From Eledone cirrhosa (Eukaryota), in NCBI GenBank assembly GCA_964016885.1, contig OZ024740.1:416082001-416146000 (forward strand): a stretch of DNA of 64,000 bases. The letters run 5' to 3'. Under the pieces are notes generated by a model, which saw only the letters and a program-made list of their open reading frames with translations, was not told where the DNA came from and searched no databases. The position numbers and the translations under genes were made by a program. Positions 56,471-64,000 of this stretch are shown here, piece after piece (position 1 is the stretch's first letter; every line of letters starts with the position of its first letter).

Positions 56471-56547
56471 ACAGATTGACTTTTTTTAGTTTCAGAAGAT
56501 CCTGTTAAGAGTGAAAGCAGCGATTCTTTGCTTAAACTTTAATCTGT
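56471..56547 (+). ncRNA. hammerhead-like motif, type I topology, core CAGAAGA
   Basis: AGTTT (56488) CAGAAGA, weak stem II, GAAA (56513), GCAG/TTGC, CUU, AAACT, plus outer stem ACAGATTGA/TTAATCTGT. Confidence 0.55.
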
Positions 56548-56575
56548 TATTTTAATAATTTATATATATATATAT

Positions 56576-58489
56576 CATCATCATCATTTTATGTCTGCTT
56601 TTCCCTGCTTGCAAGGGTGGGACGGGTCTTATTCAGCACAGCATCTCTCCACTTGTTACGGTCCTTCGTCATCTCCACTATAATGAACAAGAGTGGGCTG
56701 AGGACCGAACCTTGATGTACTCCTACTTGTATCTGGAATTCCTCACTAAACTCCATTCCTACCCTGACTTTACTGACAGCACCTCTATACAAAGTTTGCA
56801 CTGTCCTCACAAGCCATTCCTCAACACCTAGTTACCTTAGGGACCACCAGATGACAGATCGGGAGCCCAATCAAAGGCCTTCTCTAGGTCAACAAAGGCT
56901 AAGTATAGTGGCTTATTCTTCTCTAAGAACCTCTCTTGTAATTGTCTCACCAAGAAGAGGGCATCTGTTGTACTTTTCCAAGGCACAAAACCACACTGTA
57001 TCTCATCTAGTTTGACCCTTTCTCTAATTAGTTGTGCTAATATCCTTTCTGCCACTTTCATAACCTCATCCATCAGTTTTATACCCCTATAATTGCTCCT
57101 CTCCAGAGCATCCCCTTTACCTTTATAGCAATTTATGAGAATACTGCTGCACCAGTATGACACCACCATATATAGCCTGATTGATGATGTGTGCAACCAG
57201 TTTAGTGCCAATGTCCCCTGATGCCTTCAGCATCTCAGCAACTATCCCTGACGTTCCAGCAGCCTTACTATTTTTCATTTCCTTAATCGCCTCTTGGACA
57301 CTATATTCGTCAATCTCAATAGCTGGTAATTCTGTCGGATCTACTGAGAGTAATTTCTCTTTCTCCCATTCGTTCTCCACATTCATCAGTCTCTCATAAT
57401 GACATTTCCAGGCCTCCTTTTTCTGATCATTCGTGATACTAAGCACACCGGCATCATACCGGACACATTTATCTCCAACAACATCCTGATTTGCATTGAC
57501 ACACTGCCTTGCAATGTGGAACACCGCACACCTCTGATCTTCCCATCGCAGAACATTGGCAAACCACCTACTCTCAGCCTCCCTGCGTGCTAAGTACATC
57601 TGACGTCTAGCTTCTCTCTTAGCGGCTATATATCCTTCTCTACTCCAACCCCTTTTCCAAGCCTTCCATGTTAGTCTCTAATTGCCCTATCTACTGTGCT
57701 GTTCCACTACCAGGTCACTCTCTGTCTGGCTGGAGCTCTGCTCCAGCCACAAGTTTCATCAGTAGCCTGCAGTAAGTTGTCACGTAAGAAATTCCAGTTA
57801 TTATCTATGTCTTCTTTTTCGTCATATACATCTTGAACGGCTTTCCTAAATTTGTATTTTAGTGAAAGGTTTTTTAGCTTCCAGACCTTTCTTCTCCGCC
57901 CCTTCCTGTATGTCTCATTCCATCTCTTGCTTACTGATATATCACCAACGACTAGCCTATGCTGTGGGGTACATTTTTCCCTAGGGTATGCCTTGGTATT
58001 TGACATCATCTGCCTGTCCCGCTGCCTAACTAGTAAGAAGTCAATCTGGCTTATGTGCTCACCTTATTTGTAGGGTATTAGGTGGTTGGCAAGTTTCTGG
58101 GAGTTAGTGTTGCAAATAGTCAATGTACTTGCATCACAAAATTCAAGAAGTCTCACTCCTTCTTCATCTCTTGAGCCGTAACTGTGCCCACCATGTACCC
58201 CAGTGTAATCATCCTGGAGCTGTCCAACATGACCATTGAAATCTCCTGCTAGCATAACGATGTCTCCGTCCTCTGTCGTTGTGGCTGTTTGTAAAAGTTG
58301 CTTATAAAAGCAGTCTTTCTCTTCTTTGCCTAGGCCTGCTTGGGGAGCATAGGCAGAGATGATTGTCTGTAGTCTCCTGTCTACAAGTAATCTAAGCTTA
58401 ATTATTCGATTATTAACTCAAAACTACCTCTATTGTCTTATTGATCCATCTCTCAGCCAGGAAAATGCCTACTCCCCCTAACCCATCAT

Positions 58490-58491
<2 letters not shown>
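56576..58491 (-). mobile_element. RTE-clade non-LTR retrotransposon (APE + RT), 5'-truncated, frameshifted and internally deleted
   Basis: APE motifs GVGIFLAE, ISAYAPQAG, LAGDFNGHVG and PQHRLVV. RT motifs YKGKGDALERSNYRGIKL, QCGFVPWKSTTDA, AFVDLEKAFD and GVHQGSVLSPLLF. (ATG)n tail. (TA)n on both flanks. Confidence 0.93.
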
Positions 58492-58533
<42 letters not shown>

Positions 58534-58535
58534 TA

Positions 58536-58576
<41 letters not shown>
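58492..58576. repeat. (TA)n microsatellite; further (TA)n tracts at about 56561-56575, 58986-59025 and 59639-59679
   Basis: Read directly. Confidence 0.95.
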
Positions 58577-58580
<4 letters not shown>

Positions 58581-58692
58581 AGTTATATTTAATTTGTTGG
58601 GATTCAACAAGCTTAAACATTTTTATAACTGATATAAAGCACTCAACAAGTAAGTGGAGTAAATACACAATATATTAATAAATGGAAACTAT

Positions 58693-58793
58693 ATTTATAA
58701 AACCATATTTATTCTATTATATATATTTCAAGGGCAACCAAGGCAAATTATGGTGTGCTTTCATCAGATAAAATACAGATTTGTTTTATAAAT
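58693..58793 (-). ncRNA. type I hammerhead ribozyme, mirror copy in the left palindrome arm
   Basis: Reverse complement of 58860-58960 with one stem II substitution. Confidence 0.75.
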
Positions 58794-58859
58794 AAATATT
58801 GACATATCCAGGAAGCTCCAACCGTTAAGGTTGTCTTTTTTCCGGGTATGTCAATATTT

Positions 58860-58960
58860 ATTTATAAAACAAATCTGTATTTTATCTGATGAAAGCGCAC
58901 CATAATTTGCCTTGGTTGCCCTTGAAATATATATAATAGAATAAATATGGTTTTATAAAT
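58860..58960 (+). ncRNA. type I hammerhead ribozyme with intact core
   Basis: Stem I TATTTTAT/ATAGAATA plus ATTTATAAAAC/GTTTTATAAAT. CTGATGA at 58886. Stem II AAGCGCACCA/TGGTTGCCCTT. GAAA at 58924. Palindromic TATATA in place of stem III. AUA triplet, predicted cut after 58935. Confidence 0.8.
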
Positions 58961-58981
58961 ATAGTTTCCATTTATTAATAT

Positions 58982-59029
<48 letters not shown>

Positions 59030-59031
59030 TA

Positions 59032-59199
59032 ATATATTGAGTTAAAAACTCACAATAGTCCCTTATAATCAAATTAGCTCAAGGAAAAAAAAAATTTTCT
59101 GGGCCTTATAACACAGTTAAGAGAGATGAACACAGATGTATAACTATATGCCTTCAATTTGACTATAAGGGACTATTGTGAGTTTTTAACTCAATATAT
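59032..59199. repeat. inverted repeat, 44-bp arms, 1 mismatch
   Basis: ATATATTGAGTTAAAAACTCACAATAGTCCCTTATAATCAAATT pairs with AATTTGACTATAAGGGACTATTGTGAGTTTTTAACTCAATATAT. Confidence 0.92.
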
Positions 59200-59401
59200 A
59201 TATTTGATAAATTGAGCTCCTATGCTTTTGTAGAGCTTTTAATATATCGGATGGTTCTGGCTGCTATTTTTTCTAGTAGCCTTATGTTCTATTCAATTCG
59301 CATGGCATGTGATAACCATGTGCTTTCTCTCTTAACACGTGTGTGTTATTTAGTCTTCTAAGAAATTTAGTAGTGAGGGCTATACTGGTCGTGAAGCAGC
59401 C

Positions 59402-59479
59402 ATTGAAAAGCATCGGACGAGTAATTCTCTTTACTTAATTACGAAACAGTTCTACCTGAAAGCTGTCTAGATGCACAAT
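59402..59479 (+). ncRNA. hammerhead-like motif, core CGGACGA, GUC triplet
   Basis: CGGACGA, stem II GTAATT/AATTAC, GAAA, stem III CAGTT/AGCTG, TC. Stem I GCAT/ATGC is offset by an extra TAG. Confidence 0.6.
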
Positions 59480-59636
59480 ATTTATCATAGTAGGTTTGTA
59501 TATTTCGATTTATCCTTTTAATTGAGTTCTGTGAATCGTACTATTTTCAGTCAGTATTTTCTTCACCCTGGTGGTTTTTGCCCCTTGAGATTTGAACACA
59601 TATAGTTTATATCTGTGTTCGTCTCTCTTTACTGTG

Positions 59637-59681
<45 letters not shown>

Positions 59682-59702
59682 ATTTTTAAATTTATACATA
59701 TA

Positions 59703-60317
59703 TATATAATAGAAAAAATGAGGAAGTTTCATTTCCATATGAAAAATATTTATTGCGTAGCAACCTGTGAGGCATGTTTCACATACGATTGGCTCACAGT
59801 GACCCATAGAGGATATGGACCTGACTCCAGTATCAATCTGCTCCTTAGACTGGTGAAGCGACAAAAGATATATTTTTGTTGTAATATGTGGGCCGAGAAG
59901 GTATATATATATAGGCATTGGCCCTATTTTTTTTGTGTATGGGCGTTTGTGTATATTTTGGTGTAATTGGTGGGGTGGCAATGCAGGTGTGTATTCACTG
60001 ATATTCATGAGCGAATTTACGTGAGCATGCAAGCAATTAAGGATTCGTGTGTGTGCATGTGTGGGCACGTTTTAGAATGTGTATTGGTCACCAAAGACTT
60101 GTTTTGGTGTAAACAGGAAACAGGGGTTTATGGGGTGTGTCATGCTTGGACGGCCCAGTCACATCACCAGTCTGAGGAGCAGATCGATACTGGAGTTGGG
60201 TCCATAACTCCTATGGGTCACCTTGAGCCAATCATCTGCAAAATGCGCATAACAGGGTGATACACAATAAATATTTTTCATATGTAAACAAAACTTCCTC
60301 GTTTTTTCTATTATATA
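59703..60317. repeat. diverged inverted repeat, ~160-bp arms (59703-59862 and 60158-60317), ~295-bp spacer
   Basis: For example ACTCCAGTATCAATCTGCTCCTTAGACTGGTGA pairs with TCACCAGTCTGAGGAGCAGATCGATACTGGAGT. Confidence 0.9.
60163..60261 (+). ncRNA. decayed type I hammerhead with large stem II; mirror copy at about 59760-59857 on the minus strand
   Basis: CTGAGGA, GCAGAT...ATCTGC, AAAA (GAAA in the mirror arm), palindromic TGCGCA, TA, stem I ATCACC/GGTGAT. Confidence 0.6.
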
Positions 60318-60396
60318 CACTCTGCCTGTACATAGAGTGCTTGATTTGGTACCAACACCAGTGTTTCATTGTACTACCTACAATATATATATATAT

Positions 60397-60496
60397 AATA
60401 TTATGTTGGAAGACTTATAGATAAATTATTATATATATATATATTTATATATATATATATATAATATTTTATCTATAATTCTTCCAACATAATATT
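60397..60496. repeat. 100-bp hairpin with 29-bp unique arms around a (TA)n centre
   Basis: AATATTATGTTGGAAGACTTATAGATAAA pairs with TTTATCTATAATTCTTCCAACATAATATT (1 mismatch). Confidence 0.88.
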
Positions 60497-60730
60497 TTGA
60501 GAAGAAGCAGATGTTTTTTACAGCAGTAGAGAGGCAGGAACAATAGAAGCTAGAGGAAATGTCAAATAATATTTATGCTTCATTTTTTTTCTTAATAGTA
60601 TAGTCTACTATATACATAGATGCAGCGTATTATAAAGTGTCAAAAGTTTTTATCATAATTCTGTGACCTGATCACTGACTGATCTACTGCAGTAACTACA
60701 GAAATGTGACACAACTTTAGACTGTGCCAT

Positions 60731-61322
60731 TATGACATAAATATAACATATGGAGTTAAGACATGAATATAATATCTGGAGTTAAGACATATAACATCTG
60801 GAGTTATGACATATAACATCTTTTGTTAAGTCCTAAATATAACATCTGGAGTTAAGTCATATAACATCTGGAGTTATGACATATAACATCTGGAGTTATG
60901 ACATATAACATCTGTAGTTAAGTCATAAATATAGCATGTGGACTTAAGACATAAATATAACATCTGGAGTTAAGATATAAATATAACATCTGGAGTTTAG
61001 ACATAAATATAACATCTGGAGTTAAGACATAACATTTGGAGTTAAGACTTATAACATCTGGAGTTAAAATATAACATCTGGAGTTAAGACATAACATTTG
61101 GAGTTAAGACTTATAACATCTGGAGTTAAAATATAACATCTGGAGTTAAGTCATAACTATAACATCTGGAGTTAAGTCATAAATATAACATCTGGAGTTA
61201 AGACATATAACATTTGGAGTTAAGATATAAATATAACATCTGGAGTTAAGTCATTAATATAACATCTGGAGTTAAGACATATAACAATCTGGAGTTAAGG
61301 CATATAACAATCTGGAGTTAAG
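60731..61322. repeat. minisatellite with core ATAACATCTGGAGTTAAGACAT, 20-26-bp unit variants, about 25 units
   Basis: Read directly. Confidence 0.95.
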
Positions 61323-62229
61323 TATTCTTAACTTAGGACACTCCAACAATGTTATTATTTCATATAATGTGGAAAGTGATATACGAGAGGGTTCTAAACA
61401 CTACAAAATGGACAGTAAGATGAAGGCAACAAAAAAGTTAGTTACAGGGTAATATTTTTTTGTTGTTGTTTCTTTTGTCCTAATATTTTGAGACTTAAAA
61501 TTTCCTTTGTCAGAGTATAAGGAACTTTCAGAGAAAAACAGAATGTTCTGTTCTATTCGCTTTGAAATGTGATTTATTATTTCAGTTTCACAGAAACTGT
61601 CTCAGATCAAGACACTTTCTAAACAAGTACAATTCCAAAATATTGTTACTCTTTGTTGTCTTGTTGCTATTGTTTAGCCATGCCTATTATAAGTACCAGG
61701 TGCGGAATAACCTAAACATAAAAGGGTTGCGGTTGACCCAATTTTTCTAATTTACATCGTCAAATTGAGATTTGACCAATATAACATTTGTTGTTTTGTA
61801 AACTAACTTTCGGTGAATACTATGTTGGAATATTTTTATTTTTATTTTTTGCTTTAACCTCGTGTCGGTGAGTGTGTGTGTGTACTTACTCACACTATCT
61901 GTGACCGTCTAGAGTTCTACAGATCTGCTGTGTTGGTATGTGTATATATATATTTTTTCTTTGACCTCGCGTCATGTATGTGTGAGTGTGTGTGTACCCA
62001 CTCACATTAACTGTGACCGACTGTAATTCTACAGATTTGATTGATGTCCAGCGTCTTTTACAGCTATTGGGAGATAGAGACTTGATAGTTTTATGACCCT
62101 AACTGAGGACGATAGCAGTTGCCATGTTCTGACTGCTTGATCTTCATATGAGGGACTAAACTCTGTGAGTGAACTCCGTATATTATATATATCAAAATAA
62201 AGATTCGAAGGCATGGTATAAATTTCCAA

Positions 62230-62318
62230 TCATTTTAATCACGACACATGTTTCAATAAGAAATTGATCGATCGTGTAGCCATGATCGATTATCACTGAT
62301 CTCGTCAGGTGAAAATGA
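62230..62318 (-). ncRNA. type I hammerhead ribozyme with intact core and GUC triplet
   Basis: Minus strand reads TCATTTTCAC CTGACGA GATCAG...CTTATT GAAA CATGTG TC GTGATTAAAATGA. Stem I is TCAC/GTGA plus TCATTT/AAATGA. Confidence 0.8.
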
Positions 62319-62337
62319 ATTGTCTTCAAATCCTTGA

Positions 62338-62600
62338 TCATCATCATTTCATTTTACGTCCGCTTTTTCCCTGCTTGCAAGGGTGGGACGGGAACTGATT
62401 CTGGTTTGATTTCTACAGCTGGATGCCCTTCCTAACACCAACCTCATTTACAGTAAGTGGTGGGTGCTTTTTTGCCATGGCACCTACACGCCCACTTTAC
62501 AGTGGAATGATATGGACCCCAGTCCCTATCATCTCATTTCTACAGCTGAGTAAACTGGAGCAATGTGAAATAAAGTGTCTTGCTCAAGGAAACAACACAT
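62338..62600 (-). mobile_element. 5'-truncated SINE with a 3' tail matching the RTE LINE 3' end
   Basis: TTTTCCCTGCTTGCAAGGGTGGGACGGG plus (CAT)n is shared with 56576-56627. The 5' part matches the 49150 SINE but lacks the tRNA head. Confidence 0.85.
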
Positions 62601-63055
62601 GATATGAGGGAGAAAAATTAATAGTGTTTAGTCACAGAGTTTAGTCCCTCATATGAAGATCAAGCAGTCAGAACATGGCGACTGCTATCGTCCTCAGTTA
62701 GGGTCATAAAACTATCAAGTCTCTATCTCTCAATAGCTGTAAAAGACGCTGGACATCAATCAAATCTGTAGAATTACAGTCGGTCACAGTTAATGTGAGT
62801 GGGTACACACACACTCACACATACATGACGCGAGGTCAAAGAAAAAATATATATATGCTCATACCAATACAGCATCAAATCTGTAGAACTATAGACGGTC
62901 GCAGTTAGTGTGAGTGAGTACACAAACACACTCACACACACTGACACGAGGTTAAATAAAAAATAAAAATACAAATATACCAACATAGTATTCACCGAAA
63001 GTTAGTTTACAAAACAACAAATGTTATATTGGTCAAATCTCAATTTGACGATGTA

Positions 63056-63349
63056 AATTGGAAAAATTGGGTCAACCGCAACCCTATACACACGCAAGTA
63101 AGTTCAGTTCAATGATCTGCTATACGTGTATAGATTGAATTGTAACATCTGTATCTCCAAATAGTGTATGTTATGGTATATACATCCATATCGTCCAAAA
63201 GAATTGGAAAAATTGGGTCAACCTCAACCCTATACACACGCAAGTAAGTTCAGTTCAGTGTTCTGCTATACGTGTATAGATTGAATTGTAACATCCATAT
63301 CTCCAAATAGTGTATGTTATGGTATATACACATCCGTATCGTCCAAAAA
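63056..63349. repeat. 146-bp direct tandem duplication
   Basis: AATTGGAAAAATTGGGTCAACC starts at 63056 and 63202; the units are nearly identical. Confidence 0.93.
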
Positions 63350-64000
63350 AGTGTATGTTTAGGTATATACACATCCATGTGAAGAGCAAGTAGTCAGCTC
63401 ATATCGAACTCGGTATGTGCCGTTGTCCCATTGAGAATCTGAGTCCCCAAATCTGTGCGTGCAAGCAACCGCTATGTAGGCCACCAAGGGGCTCTGTGTA
63501 GGGTTGGGTACTTTGGTTAAGGTGTCAGTATGTGCGATTTCCCGTCATATGGGCCCTTGGGCTTTTAAGATAGGTGTTTGAGTGGTGGAGGTGTGTTATC
63601 CAACACAAAAGGCAAAATAAAATAATAAATAATAGCAAAACCCAGAGAATGTGTGTAGGCCCATTAATGGTGTGTAAGTATTATTGACCAATCTGTAACC
63701 GTGAGCACTCCATGGTTAGATGATCACGGATCAAAACCTAGTGTAGTGTTCAATCGATAGGAACATGACCAGTCATAACTGTGGGAACTCAGTGTCTAAA
63801 GAAACCGGGTACTGTGTGCAGAGTTATGTATAGATAGCGTAATCGGTCTTAACTGAGTGTGTAATACGTCTAGCTATATCCTAACCGAGAGAACTCAGTG
63901 GTTAGGGTATCCTAAAGTAATGGTAAATGCGCGTAATCGGTCTTACCTGAGTGTGTAATCTTTCTAACTATTTACTAACTAGGTATTCTAATGTGTACTC

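Larger units (their letters stand above)
58667..58986. repeat. near-perfect palindrome: 143-bp arms, 2 mismatches, 34-bp spacer
   Basis: 58667-58809 is the reverse complement of 58844-58986. Confidence 0.95.
61723..63085. repeat. large inverted duplication, ~450-bp arms (61723-62168 and 62632-63085)
   Basis: AGGGTTGCGGTTGACCCAATTTTT...GAGGGACTAAACTCTGTGA is mirrored by TCACAGAGTTTAGTCCCTC...AAAAATTGGGTCAACCGCAACCCT with few differences. Confidence 0.95.

Noticed and set aside
55960-60260. Short ORFs with YIYI or CVCV runs
   Set aside because: Products of (TA)n and (TG)n tracts or antisense frames of the RTE; no domain signal.
62085-62168. Additional hammerhead at CTGAGGA (62103-62109) and its mirror
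   Set aside because: A GCAGT/ACTGC hairpin follows, but there is no correctly placed GAAA or closing stem I in either arm.

Overview
Eukaryotic, AT-rich, apparently non-genic DNA; the SINE/LINE families resemble those of octopus/cephalopods (inference from memory, not searched). Bases 1-48163 are one uninterrupted, single-orientation array of a 34-bp satellite (consensus AAATTTATTTACTACTCAAACCTTTAGAATTGCT, about 1,400 copies) with nested higher-order duplications. The array ends abruptly. The remaining ~16 kb is mostly transposon debris: a piggyBac-type MITE, tRNA-derived SINEs, a decayed Penelope-like (PLE) reverse transcriptase, RTE-clade LINE fragments, micro- and minisatellites. The most unusual signal is a dense cluster of foldback elements, mostly separated by (TA)n tracts, carrying eight type I hammerhead ribozyme-like motifs from five sequence families. 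Three have a canonical core, and others have non-canonical position-4 cores (CAGAAGA, CGGACGA). One family sits directly upstream of the PLE ORF. No intact protein-coding gene, CRISPR array or true tRNA/rRNA gene is supported. All RNA folds were done by eye.
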